Source: an uncultured Candidatus Rokubacteria bacterium
Lineage (GTDB): Bacteria > Methylomirabilota > Methylomirabilia > Rokubacteriales > CSP1-6
Direction of reading: 5' to 3'
Assembly: GCA_963762145.1 (NCBI GenBank)
Contig: CAVXJS010000019.1
Coordinates: 356,371-420,370, forward strand
DNA length: 64,000 bases
Positions 11,173 to 20,896 of the stretch are shown here, one piece after another. Position 1 is the stretch's first letter, and each line of letters starts with the position of its first letter. The notes under the pieces are model-generated. The model saw only the letters and a program-made list of their open reading frames with translations. It searched no databases and was not told the origin of the DNA. Both the position numbers and the translations under genes were made by a program.

Positions 11173-12180
11173 TCAGAGCCAGCCGGAGCGCTTGAAGCGG
11201 TAGTACAGGATCCCGCAGAGGGCCACCGTCACCGTCATCACCACCGGGTAGCCCCAGCGCCACTGCAGCTCGGGCATGACGTCGAAGTTCATGCCGTAGA
11301 CCCCCGCGATCATGGTCGGGATCGCGAAGATGGCGGCCCAGCCGGTGATGCGCTTCGTGGCCTCGTTCTGGGCGATGGTGGTCAGGGACAGATTGGCCTC
11401 GAGCGCGGTCCCGAGGAGCTCGCGGAGGGCGTCCACCTTCTCGTTGATCCGGATCGCGTGATCGTAGACGTCGCGGAAGTAGGGCCGCGCGTCGTCCGGG
11501 ATCAGGTCCAGGTCCGTGCGCATCAGGCGGTTGCAGATGTCGATGAGGGGGGACACCCCACGCTTGATCTCGAGCAGATCCCGCTTGAGGGTGTAGATCC
11601 GCATGGTGGTGTCGCGGCTGATGCGCTCGTTGAAGATCTCGTCCTCGAGGGCGTCCAGGCCGTCCTCGAGCCCGTCCACGATCGGAAAGTACTGGTCGAC
11701 CACGAAGTCCATGATGGCGTGGAGCACGAACGCGGGCCCCTTGGCGAGGAGCTGCGGCTGTCCCTCGCAGCGCGCGCGCACGTCGGCGTAGGACAGAGAG
11801 GGTCCGTGGCGGACCGAGACCACGTAGCGGGCCCCGACGAAGAGGTGGGTCTCGCCGAACGCGATTCGCCCCTGCTCCCGGTCGGGCTGCGCGGTGCGGA
11901 GCGCGATGAAGAGCGAGTCCCCGTAGCGCTCCAGCTTGGGCCGCTGGTGGGCCAGATGGGCGTCCTCGATCGCCAGGTCGTGCAGCCCGAACTCGGCCTG
12001 CACCTCCTTCAGCAGCGCCTCGTCGGGCTCGTAGAGGCCGATCCAGACGAAGCGGTCCTCCTGCTTGAGGACCTCGCTGATATCCTCGAGCGCGACCTCC
12101 GCCACGCGGCGCCCCTCCGCGTAGGCGGCGCACGCGACGACCTGGTTGCTGTTGTGGCCCGGGCTCATGCGCTCGTTCAT
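11173..12180 (-). CDS. corA: Magnesium/cobalt transporter CorA
   Basis: FGLHDLAIED, QRPKLERY, YFRDVYDH, GVYGMNF signature. Confidence 0.93.
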   Translation of the reverse strand: MNERMSPGHNSNQVVACAAYAEGRRVAEVALEDISEVLKQEDRFVWIGLYEPDEALLKEVQAEFGLHDLAIEDAHLAHQRPKLERYGDSLFIALRTAQPDREQGRIAFGETHLFVGARYVVSVRHGPSLSYADVRARCEGQPQLLAKGPAFVLHAIMDFVVDQYFPIVDGLEDGLDALEDEIFNERISRDTTMRIYTLKRDLLEIKRGVSPLIDICNRLMRTDLDLIPDDARPYFRDVYDHAIRINEKVDALRELLGTALEANLSLTTIAQNEATKRITGWAAIFAIPTMIAGVYGMNFDVMPELQWRWGYPVVMTVTVALCGILYYRFKRSGWL

Positions 12181-12287
12181 CGGTCGGGGCATCCCTTTCC
12201 GGGCTATCTGCCGGAACCTTCTCTTTTGTATCCGCTCGGCTCGCCTGCGGCTGCGCCTCGCCAGGCTACTGCGGCGCGGCGGCGCTG

Positions 12288-12533
12288 TCATCCCACTGTG
12301 ACCGCGACGCAGGTGGTGGTACGGGTGACGCCGTCGATGATGCCGATGGAGTCGGTGACGAGGCTGCCGATGGCGTCGAGGGTCTGACCGTCCACCACCG
12401 CGATGAAGTCGTAGGGCCCGGTGACCGCGTCCATCGCCGCGACGGTGGCGCGCGGGCTCTTGATCTTGGCGAGGGCCTTCTTCACATTCTTGGTCTTGCC
12501 GGCGGACGTCTCGATGAGGACGTAGGCTTTCAT
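12288..12533 (-). CDS. Stand-alone Lrp/AsnC ligand-binding domain protein
   Basis: MKAYVLIE...VTGPYDFIAVV...IDGVTRTTTC; AAGGAG RBS. Confidence 0.82.
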   Translation of the reverse strand: MKAYVLIETSAGKTKNVKKALAKIKSPRATVAAMDAVTGPYDFIAVVDGQTLDAIGSLVTDSIGIIDGVTRTTTCVAVTVG

Positions 12534-13465
12534 CGTGCTCTCCTTTGGCGGCCGAGGGCCCGCCAGGCCACGAGCCCGGCGAGCAGGGCGGCGGCCGATA
12601 CCGCGATCGGACGGAAGTTCGTGCGGAAGAAGGGGATCGCGAAGAACGGCGAGCGCCGGTCGGCCGGCCGGAGGCGGCCGTCCAGGAGCCCATCCACGAC
12701 CGCCATCGCCTCGTCCATCAGCACCTGACTCGTGACCCGCGCGAAGGCCGGGTCGGCCATCGCGGGATGCCCCACGTAGCCCGGACCGCCGCCGCGCACC
12801 GCGTAGTTCGGGCGAAGCCGCTCGAGAAACGAGTAGCGCGCGGCGGGGAGCTGCCGGTAGTCGCGGTCCACCAGGTCCGGTCGCAGCACGAGCATGATCG
12901 AAGTCTCCCACCACCCGCCGTGCGCGTCCTCGGAAAATGCCGCCCGCTCCGGCTCGGTCAGGGGGCGCCCGAGACCGGCCTCGATCCGGGGCAGGAGGCG
13001 GCCGCGCAGGAATTCCCACGCGAGGTGTCCGGTAAAGGAGGCCATCGTGATGCGGTGACGGCGGGACACGATGGCCGCCGCCTCCTCCAGCGCGACCAGG
13101 TGCCCCGGGCCCCCGTGCCCGTTGGACACGAGCACGTGGCGGAAGCCGGCCCGGCCCAGGGCCGAGCCGTAGTCCACCACCGCGTCGCGGACGACGCGCT
13201 GCCGGACGGCGACCGTGCCCACCGAGTCGAACGTGAAGGAGCCCAGGTGGAGCGTGGGCGCCAGCACCACCGCCCAGCCGGGCCGCCCCTGCACGAGCCG
13301 CTCCGCGATGGACTCGCTGAAGTGGCGCGCGGTGAAGGCGTCCACTCCGACCGGGAGATGGGGGCCGTGGGTCTCGAGTGGACTCACGGTCAGGATCACC
13401 ACGGTGCGGGCCCGGTCGAGCGCGTCGAGCTGTGGGGTGGACAGCTCCTCCAGGCGGTGGATCAA
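12530..13465 (-). CDS. Creatininase-family amidohydrolase with a C-terminal hydrophobic tail
   Basis: LETHGPHLPVGVD, NGHGG, DAHGGWWETS; TTG start overlapping the upstream stop. Confidence 0.83.
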   Translation of the reverse strand: MIHRLEELSTPQLDALDRARTVVILTVSPLETHGPHLPVGVDAFTARHFSESIAERLVQGRPGWAVVLAPTLHLGSFTFDSVGTVAVRQRVVRDAVVDYGSALGRAGFRHVLVSNGHGGPGHLVALEEAAAIVSRRHRITMASFTGHLAWEFLRGRLLPRIEAGLGRPLTEPERAAFSEDAHGGWWETSIMLVLRPDLVDRDYRQLPAARYSFLERLRPNYAVRGGGPGYVGHPAMADPAFARVTSQVLMDEAMAVVDGLLDGRLRPADRRSPFFAIPFFRTNFRPIAVSAAALLAGLVAWRALGRQRRAR

Positions 13466-14839
13466 AAGCTGCTCCCCCGCGTCGCGGCCAGGTAATCGTC
13501 CCTGGCCCGCTCCAGCTCGGCCACGAGGGCCTGCCGCTCCGCCAGGAGCCGCGTGGCGGACTGGCGGTGGGTGAGGGAGAGCACGCCGAAGCGAAGCTGG
13601 TTCCGTAGCCGACCGACCCCCCCGAGATAGCGATACGCGAGGAGGCCGCTCACCGGCAGCGAGAGCGCGAACCCGAGCGCCCACGCGGGGCCCAGGAGCC
13701 GCCACACGATCCAGACCTCGAGCGCCCAGAAGACCGGGAACGCCACGATGCTGGCGAGGAGGCGCGTCGTGGCGTAGTCCGTCTCCTTGCGTGCGGTACG
13801 GCGCGCGAGCCAGCGCGGCAGGAGGTACGGCAGGCCGTTCACGACCAGGCCGTAGGCGAAGAACGGGAGGCCGATGGACGCCTCCCACGAGTGCCGCAGG
13901 CGGGCCCGCGGGGCCGGACGATGGGCGCGACTGCGGACCGCCTGGTCCCGGACCTGGTAGGCGGCCAGGAGGGCCCGATACTTCTGTACCGCTGTCCAGA
14001 GGCGCGCGACCCGCTCGGGATCGCGCTCCTCGAAGTGCGCCGCCGCGTCCGCGATCGCGCGCGAGAGCCGCAGGGGGTCGATCTGGCGCGCCCCGAGGCC
14101 GCGCTCCTCCTGCAGCTCGCGGATCAGGTCGCTCCGGTAGATCTCGTCCACGGCGCGGATCAGCTCCTGCCGCTCCGGGCGCCCCACGTTGAGGATCTCG
14201 GCCTCCATGCCCCACTGGATCGTCGTGGTGAGGGCCTCGACCGCCTTGGCGGGCTCATCCCGGTACACGGGCGCGTACGGCGCCAGCGGGATGGGCTCTC
14301 CGAACGAGACCCGCACCTGGCCGCGGAAGGCCTTGCGCGCCTCGAACGTGATACCCACCGGGATCAGGGTGAGCGGCGCCCCGCGCCCGGCGGCCTGGTA
14401 GTCCAGGGCGATGCGCGCGGCCCCGGTCTTGATCCGCTGGACGCGGCTCTCCGAATGGGTCGTGCCCTCCGGGTAGATCCCGACCAGCTGCCCCCGCTCG
14501 AGCGCACGGAAGCAGGCGGCGAAGGCGTCGGCGTTCCGGTCCATCTTGTCGGGATCGTCCTGCCTGCGGTAGACGGGGATCGCCCCGCAGGCGGCGAGGA
14601 AGCGGGCCACGAGCGGGTTGCGGAACAGGGCCGCGGTCGCCAGGTAGTGAACCTTCCGCGGCAGGACCCCGCTGACCAGCAGGGAGTCGATCAGGTTGTT
14701 GGGGTGGTTGATGCAGAGGAGCACCGGCCCGGAGGCCGGCACGATGTCGACGCGGACCACGTCCACGTCCTTGAAGAAGAACCATAACCAGAAGCGTCCA
14801 ACTGTCCGGACTCCCGAATAGAAACGATCCTGTGCTCAC
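13462..14839 (-). CDS. PlsC-like (lyso)phospholipid acyltransferase with C-terminal TM helices; 5' frameshift
   Basis: NHPNNLID (HX4D), IPVYRRQD, IYPEGT, KTGAARI. Confidence 0.85.
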
Positions 14840-15288
14840 TGGGCCAGATACCGCTTGAGCGTCCCCGCGAAGGAGGTCGGGCTCTCGACGGGTCGGCGAG
14901 CCGTGAAGTCCACGCGCGTGCCGCGCTCGGTGGCGTGGTCGGCCGGATTGAAGCGCACGGTCACGGTCATCGCCTGGCTCTCGGCGCGGAGGTGCAGGGT
15001 CTCGCCCGCGCTCTCGTCGCCCAGGCGCGCGATGATCACGTAGAAGCCGTCGGCGTCCGTCTCGCCCAGGTAGGAGAACCCGGTCTTCTCCCGGAGCAGC
15101 TCCACCCGCACGCCGCGCCGGCCCCGGTTCTCGGCGTCGACGACGTAGCCGAGCACGACGTAGCGATACGAGACCTGGTGCTCGGCCCGGGCCAGGCCGG
15201 CGGGGGAGCCGGGTATCATCGGGCCCGGGAGCCCGGCCAGAACGCCGGTCACCGCGAGCGCCAGGACGGCCGCGCCGCGGCGCTTCAC
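14836..15288 (-). CDS. Hypothetical exported protein
   Basis: Signal-like N-terminus; translationally coupled within the minus-strand operon. Confidence 0.65.
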   Translation of the reverse strand: MKRRGAAVLALAVTGVLAGLPGPMIPGSPAGLARAEHQVSYRYVVLGYVVDAENRGRRGVRVELLREKTGFSYLGETDADGFYVIIARLGDESAGETLHLRAESQAMTVTVRFNPADHATERGTRVDFTARRPVESPTSFAGTLKRYLAQ

Positions 15289-15292
15289 GACC

Positions 15293-16030
15293 CTAGACCG
15301 TCAGGTCGGCCGAGCGGATGCGCTTCACCCCGGCCTTCTTCATCTGGTCCCACGCCTTGGCCAGAGACCCATTGGTGTCGATGCCGCGACAGGCGTCCTC
15401 GATCACCAGCGCGCCCAGGCCGACCTTGCGCGCGTCCAGCGCCGACCAGCAGACGCAGAAGTCGGTCGCGAGGCCCACCAGGAACACCTGGCGAAAGCCG
15501 CGGTCGCGAACATAGCCGCTCAGCCCGGTCGTCGCCTTGCCGTCGGCCTCGAAGAAGGCCGAGTAGGAGTCCATCTGCTTGCGATAACCCTTGCGGATGA
15601 CCAGCTCGGCGTGGGGGATCTTGAGGTCCTTGTGGAAGTCGGCACCGGGCGTGCCCTGCACGCAGTGATCCGGCCAGAGCACCTGGACGCCGTAGGCGAG
15701 CTTGGTGGTCTCGAACGGCTTCTTGCCGGGATGCGCCGAGGCAAACGAGATGTGACCCGGGGTGTGCCAGTCCTGGGTCATGATCACGTGCTCGAAGCCC
15801 GCCGCGATCTGATTCACGAGCGGGACGATCTGGTCGCCCTCCTTCACCGCCAGGGCCCCGCCCGGGATGAAGTCGTTCTGGACGTCCACCACGAGGAGGA
15901 CGTCACGCCCGCCCGGCTTGATCCTGGCGGGCGTGGCCTGAGCTCGGGCCTGCCGCGTGTGACCCGCCACCCCGGCGGCCACGAGACCGCCCACGGCGCC
16001 GCTCAGGAACTGTCGCCGACTGGTGCTCAT
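15293..16030 (-). CDS. pncA: Nicotinamidase/pyrazinamidase with Tat signal
   Basis: SRRQFL; VVDVQNDF, TQDWH, WPDHCVQG, RKG..DSYSAF, GLATDFCV. Confidence 0.92.
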   Translation of the reverse strand: MSTSRRQFLSGAVGGLVAAGVAGHTRQARAQATPARIKPGGRDVLLVVDVQNDFIPGGALAVKEGDQIVPLVNQIAAGFEHVIMTQDWHTPGHISFASAHPGKKPFETTKLAYGVQVLWPDHCVQGTPGADFHKDLKIPHAELVIRKGYRKQMDSYSAFFEADGKATTGLSGYVRDRGFRQVFLVGLATDFCVCWSALDARKVGLGALVIEDACRGIDTNGSLAKAWDQMKKAGVKRIRSADLTV

Positions 16031-16148
16031 ATATGTCTCCTCCCTCTGGGCCACCGTGGGTCTGCTCCGCCCGAGAGTATCGTCCCGGCCCGACACGTTC
16101 AAGACTCGCCTTCCGCTCTCGTGCGAGCCGAGCTATGGTGACTAGACG

Positions 16149-17030
16149 ATGCTGCTGGCACGGGTCCTTCAGTGGTATCTGCGAAGCTCTCTACGGGGAC
16201 GAACCCGGCTGACCGCGCTGGCTACCCGCCACCTCAGATCCCTTTGGTCGGTGCCCATCCGGATCCAGGGCTGCGCTCCGCTCTACGTGGATCTCCGGTC
16301 CCCCCACGCACGGTACCTCCTGGAGGGTGAGCCATGGACCCGTGCCCCCTGGGAACCGGCCGAGCAAGCCGTCATGAGGCGTGTCGTCGCTCCCGGTGAC
16401 GTCGCGCTGGACATCGGCGCAAACATCGGCGTCCACTCGGTTCTGCTCTCCGCGCTGCTGGGCCCACGAGGCCGACTCTTCATCTTCGAGCCCAACACGG
16501 AGCTCATCCGGGGCCTGCGCCGCACCGCCCTCGGGTTGGGCAATGCTTCGGTGCTCCCGTATGCGCTGTCGGACGAGACGGGTGAGCGCACCCTGTTCAT
16601 CTCAACCGATGCGATGAAGACCAGTCTCGCGGACTGGACCGACCGGAGCGTGGACGGCGAGGCGCGCCCGGACACCTGCGAGCAGCGCCTCCTGGATGGT
16701 CTGGTCGCGGACGGCACGATTCCCCAGCCGGCGTTCATCAAGTGCGACGTGGAGGGTGCCGAGCTGCTGGTCTTCCGCGGCGCTCGGACGGTCCTCGACC
16801 GGCCCGATGCCCCGATCATTCTCTTCGAGGTGAACGTGCATACCGCCGCGGGATTCGGAGTCCCGATTCTGGCCGCCCGGGATTTCCTCGCCGGTCTGAG
16901 CCAGCCGCGGTATCGATTTCTCGCGGTCGGACACCAGGGAGAGCTCGTTCCGGTCGCCACCTCCTTCCGGGCCGGCAACGTCCTGGCCGTTCCCGAGGCG
17001 AAGGCGCGGGCCTTTCCAGAGCTCGAGTAG
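16149..17030 (+). CDS. FkbM-family methyltransferase
   Basis: LDIGANIG, FEPN, IKCDVEGAELLVFRG. Confidence 0.88.
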   Translation: MLLARVLQWYLRSSLRGRTRLTALATRHLRSLWSVPIRIQGCAPLYVDLRSPHARYLLEGEPWTRAPWEPAEQAVMRRVVAPGDVALDIGANIGVHSVLLSALLGPRGRLFIFEPNTELIRGLRRTALGLGNASVLPYALSDETGERTLFISTDAMKTSLADWTDRSVDGEARPDTCEQRLLDGLVADGTIPQPAFIKCDVEGAELLVFRGARTVLDRPDAPIILFEVNVHTAAGFGVPILAARDFLAGLSQPRYRFLAVGHQGELVPVATSFRAGNVLAVPEAKARAFPELE

Positions 17031-17081
17031 GCGTCGCACTTATCTTGCTAGTCGACGCTCACGTAGCGGGGTGCGGGCAAC

Positions 17082-17291
17082 GTGACGACAATTCTCGTCA
17101 CCGGTGGGCTGGATTCGACGTCAGCGGTCGCGTATACAACGTCGGCTGAGGCGGGCAGGTCAGTCTTTCGCTCCCGCGAACCCACTGAGCACTGCCGCCG
17201 TATCGCAGGAGTGTCACAAGAGCTGGGTACCGTACCGGAGGAACGAGCGCTTGACATGTTGGAGCCGATTTTCGGCGGCGAGTCCGTCTGA
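17082..17291 (+). pseudogene. Remnant of an NAD-dependent sugar epimerase
   Basis: MTTILVTGG start fused directly to a late-domain-like GRVYNVG segment in another frame, followed by a stop. Confidence 0.4.
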
Positions 17292-17323
17292 GTCTCCGCA
17301 GACATAGAGGATGGGAACGGCAC

Positions 17324-18385
17324 ATGGACATCGCGGTGGTGACGGGGGCGGCCGGCTTGGTCGGCGCCGAATCTGTGCGCTTCCTCGCCGAGCAGGGGTT
17401 GAAGACGGTTGGCATTGACAATGACATGCGCAGGTACTTCTTTGGAGAGGAAGCTTCGACCGCGTGGCAACGTCGCGAACTGGAGCAGACCGTGCCCGGC
17501 TACATCCACCACTCCACCGACATTCGCGACCAACCGGCCGTGTTTCGTATCTTCGCCGAGTACGGCCGCGATGTCCGTCTGGTCATCCACGCGGCGGCCC
17601 AGCCCTCTCACGACTGGGCCGCGCAGGATCCGATAACAGACTTCACCATCAATGCGAACGGAACACACGTTCTCCTGGAGGCTACGCGTCAGCATTGTCC
17701 TGACGCGGTGTTCATTTTCACGTCCACCAACAAGGTCTACGGAGACCGGCCAAATGATCTACCGCTGGTCGAAGAGGACACTCGCTGGGAAGTGGACATT
17801 ACCCATCCCTATCACAAGGACGGCATCGACGAGATGATGAGCCTCGACGCCACGACGCACTCCCTCTTCGGGGTCTCCAAAGCCGCCGCCGACCTACTCG
17901 TCCAGGAGTACGGCCGATATTTCGGCATGAAGACTGGCGTCTTTCGGGGGGGGTGTCTTACGGGGCCGGGGCATTCGGGTACGCAGCTCCACGGGTTCCT
18001 TGCCTACCTCATGAAGTGCGCGATCACCAGAACGCACTACACGGTGTTCGGCTACAAGGGTAAGCAGGTGCGCGACAACATCCACAGCCGCGACCTCGTG
18101 AACATGTTTTGGCACTTCTACGGTAGTCCCCGTCCGGGCGAGGTCTATAACGCAGGGGGATCTCGATTCAGCAACTGCTCGATGGCGGAAGCGATCAGCC
18201 TGTGCGAGCGCATCACGGGGAGGCGACTGGACTGGTCGTATGCAGAGAACAATCGCACGGGTGATCATATCTGGTACATCAGTGACGTGCGGAAGTTCCG
18301 CCGTCACTATCCGGACTGGACCTACCGGTACGGGCTCGAGGATATCCTGGTGCAAATTCACGACGCCCTTTCGACGCGGGGGTGA
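17324..18385 (+). CDS. NDP-sugar epimerase (CDP-paratose/tyvelose 2-epimerase-like)
   Basis: [40 protein letters not shown]. Confidence 0.85.
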   Translation: MDIAVVTGAAGLVGAESVRFLAEQGLKTVGIDNDMRRYFFGEEASTAWQRRELEQTVPGYIHHSTDIRDQPAVFRIFAEYGRDVRLVIHAAAQPSHDWAAQDPITDFTINANGTHVLLEATRQHCPDAVFIFTSTNKVYGDRPNDLPLVEEDTRWEVDITHPYHKDGIDEMMSLDATTHSLFGVSKAAADLLVQEYGRYFGMKTGVFRGGCLTGPGHSGTQLHGFLAYLMKCAITRTHYTVFGYKGKQVRDNIHSRDLVNMFWHFYGSPRPGEVYNAGGSRFSNCSMAEAISLCERITGRRLDWSYAENNRTGDHIWYISDVRKFRRHYPDWTYRYGLEDILVQIHDALSTRG

Positions 18386-18485
18386 GCTGGTCCTTTCGCT
18401 GGGCGAGACGAAGAGCGGGGAGGCCATGACGGGCGCCTGGGAGTACCCGCTCGCGCGGGTTAGTCGTGCGCCAGCCTAGCCTCCG

Positions 18486-18827
18486 CTAGCGGGCCACCGG
18501 CTCGATCACGACCGCGGTGCCGTAGCAGAGCACCTCCGTCACGCCCGCGGCCACGTCGTTGGCGTCGTAGCGCATCGCCACGATCGCGTTGGCGCCCATC
18601 TGGGCCGCGTGCTCCAGCATCAGGTCGAAGGCCTCCTGGCGCGCGCGCTCGCACAGCTCGGTGTAGAGCGTGATGTTGCCGCCGAAGAGGGTCTGGATGG
18701 TGGCGCCCAGGTTGACGATGAGGTTGCGGGACCGCACCGTGATGCCGCGGACCACGCCGCGATAGCCCACGATCCGATGGCCCTCGAACTCGAACGCGGT
18801 CGTCACCCACTGGGGATGGACGGGCAT
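18486..18827 (-). CDS. YbjQ/UPF0145 family protein
   Basis: [39 protein letters not shown]. Confidence 0.9.
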   Translation of the reverse strand: MPVHPQWVTTAFEFEGHRIVGYRGVVRGITVRSRNLIVNLGATIQTLFGGNITLYTELCERARQEAFDLMLEHAAQMGANAIVAMRYDANDVAAGVTEVLCYGTAVVIEPVAR

Positions 18828-18833
18828 GAATTC

Positions 18834-18867
18834 CCCCTCACCCTGCCCTCTCCCCCAGGGGAGAGGG
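18834..18867. repeat. REP-like family A, single copy
   Basis: CCCCTCACCCTGCCCTCTCCCCCAGGGGAGAGGG. Confidence 0.85.
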
Positions 18868-18877
18868 TGGTCGGAGA

Positions 18878-19285
18878 TTAATCGACGACCGCGACGCCTT
18901 CGATCTCGATCAGGCAGTCGTCGTCGTAGAGGCCTCGGACCTCCACGAGAGTCATGGCCGGGTAGTGCCGGCCGAAGTACTCGCGGTAGACCGCGCCGAT
19001 CTCGCGCCCGCGCGCCTTGTACTCGGTCTTGGAGAGGACGAAGACGGTGAGCTTGACGATGTCGTTCATCTGGCCGGCGCGGGCAGCGACGATCGCCTTG
19101 AGGTTCTCGCAGACCTGCCGGAACTGGGCGACGAGGTCGCCCTTGCCGACCACCTGGCCTTCCTGGTTCAGCGCGACCTGCCCGGCCATGTAGACGGTCT
19201 TGCCGCCCTGGACTTCCCAGGCGTGGGAGTAACCGGCTGGCTTCGGGAGACTCGGCGGATTGACGGCCTGCATGAGCTTGGGCAT
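18878..19285 (-). CDS. RidA/YjgF family protein
   Basis: [28 protein letters not shown]. Confidence 0.88.
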   Translation of the reverse strand: MPKLMQAVNPPSLPKPAGYSHAWEVQGGKTVYMAGQVALNQEGQVVGKGDLVAQFRQVCENLKAIVAARAGQMNDIVKLTVFVLSKTEYKARGREIGAVYREYFGRHYPAMTLVEVRGLYDDDCLIEIEGVAVVD

Positions 19286-19336
19286 GGTTCCCTCTCTCCC
19301 CTGAATGGCTGCGGGCGATTATACTACCCGGGCTTC

Positions 19337-20608
19337 ATGGGTCGCCCTTTCGCGCAGGTCACGCTCGCCGACGCCGTCGGCCGTCTCCGCCCCGGCATGA
19401 AGGTGCTGCTTGCCCCGGGATGCGGTGATCCGAGCGCGCTCGTCGCCGAGATCCTGCGGCAGGCGGACCGGCTGGCTCCGCTCACGTTGATGGGCGGGCT
19501 CCGGCTCGACGACTACGCGTTCGGGGCGCCGGCCTACGCGGGCAAGGTCCGCTTCGCGACGTGGCACATGTCGCCGCGGCTCGCCGCCGCGGCGGCCCGC
19601 GGCGACGTGGACTTCGTGCCCGCGCGGTACTTCGACACCGTGAGCCTGTTCGCGGCGGGGGGGCCCTGGGCGCCCGACGCGGTCCTGGTCCACGCCGCGC
19701 CCCTCGATCGGGGCGGATATCTGTCGCTCGGCGTCTCGGTGAGCTACCTGCTGTCCGCCGCGCGCCGGGCCCCTCTCGTGATCGCCCAGGTCAACCCGCG
19801 GATGCCGCGTACCCTGGGCAACGCCTTCCTGCATCGCTCGCAGGTGGACCTGTGGGTCCCGGTGGACCACCCGCTCCTCGAGTACCCGCCGACCCCCGTC
19901 GGCGAGGTCGAGCGGCGGATCGCCGCCTACGTGGCGGACCTCGTCCCGGACGGCGCGACGCTCCAGGTCGGCGTGGGCTCGATCCCGCAGGCGGTGATGG
20001 AAGCGCTCGCGGGCAAGAAGGACCTGGGCGTGCACTCGCTCCTGGTCGAGCACATGCTGCCGCTGGTGCGGAGCGGGGTGATCACCAATGCGCGCAAGCG
20101 CCTGCATCCGGGCCGCATGGACGTGGGCGAGATCATGGGCACCGCCGCGCTCTTCGAGTGGAGCCACGAGAACCCGCTCGTCAACATGGAGCCGTCCGAC
20201 GTCGTGCACGATCCGGAGGTGGTGGGCGCGCTCGGCGACTTCGTCTCGGTGAACTCGGCCCTGGAGGTGGACCTGCTGGGACAGGTCAACGCGGAGAGCG
20301 TGGACGGCCGGCAGGTGACCGGCATCGGCGGGCAGTTCGACTTCGTGCTGGGCGCGGCCCGGGCGGAAGGGGGGCGGTCCATCATCGCGCTGCCCGCGAC
20401 CGCGAGCCGGGGCACCCTCTCGCGCATCGTGGCGCGGCTGGCCGCGGGCGCCCGGGTGACCACCCCGCGCTTCCTGGCCGACTACGTGGTGACCGAGCAC
20501 GGGGTGGCGGCGTTGCGGGGAAAAAGCGACGCCGGGCGGGCGCGGGAGCTGCTCCACGTCGCCGACCCGGCGTTCCGGGATCGTATCGAGCGCGAGATCA
20601 GGCCTTGA
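19337..20608 (+). CDS. Acetyl-CoA hydrolase / 4-hydroxybutyrate CoA-transferase family protein
   Basis: GYLSLGVS, QVNPRMPRT, TLQVGVGSIP, VNSALEVDLLGQVNAE, GIGGQFDF, YVVTEHGVA.LRGK. Confidence 0.88.
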   Translation: MGRPFAQVTLADAVGRLRPGMKVLLAPGCGDPSALVAEILRQADRLAPLTLMGGLRLDDYAFGAPAYAGKVRFATWHMSPRLAAAAARGDVDFVPARYFDTVSLFAAGGPWAPDAVLVHAAPLDRGGYLSLGVSVSYLLSAARRAPLVIAQVNPRMPRTLGNAFLHRSQVDLWVPVDHPLLEYPPTPVGEVERRIAAYVADLVPDGATLQVGVGSIPQAVMEALAGKKDLGVHSLLVEHMLPLVRSGVITNARKRLHPGRMDVGEIMGTAALFEWSHENPLVNMEPSDVVHDPEVVGALGDFVSVNSALEVDLLGQVNAESVDGRQVTGIGGQFDFVLGAARAEGGRSIIALPATASRGTLSRIVARLAAGARVTTPRFLADYVVTEHGVAALRGKSDAGRARELLHVADPAFRDRIEREIRP

Positions 20609-20825
20609 GCTTGTCGATCTCGGCGAAGACCTCCTGATCCTCGGGGAAGCGGTACGTGACCTGGTTGTCGTAGATCATCTTGTCGTCGGCTTCGACGGTG
20701 AAGATGCCGCCGACGCCTTCACGCAGCTCGGACTCGATGCCGTACTTGCTCTTGATCGCGGCCTGCAAACTGGAGGCCTGAGGGAGATAGTTTCACTCGC
20801 CGCAGTACGTGATCCGGATGTGCAT
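20598..20825 (-). CDS. SelW/SelT/SelH (Rdx) family selenoprotein, CxxU, 75 aa; absent from the ORF track
   Basis: GGAGGA RBS, then MHIRITYCGE-TGA-NYLPQASSLQAAIKSKYGIESELREGVGGIFTVEADDKMIYDNQVTYRFPEDQEVFAEIDKLKA*; in-frame TGA at 20795-20793; G.GG.F.V and RFP Rdx motifs lie downstream of the TGA. Confidence 0.88.
20760..20778 (-). promoter_or_regulatory. Candidate bacterial SECIS hairpin
   Basis: GGCCU-C-CA-GUU-UG-C-AGGCC begins 14 nt after the UGA; apical loop starts with GU. Confidence 0.6.
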
Positions 20826-20896
20826 CCGATTCCTCCTTGGCGCCGAGTTTGCGCCGGACTGTCGCGTATGATACGAACGCCCGCGGGGACTGTCAA

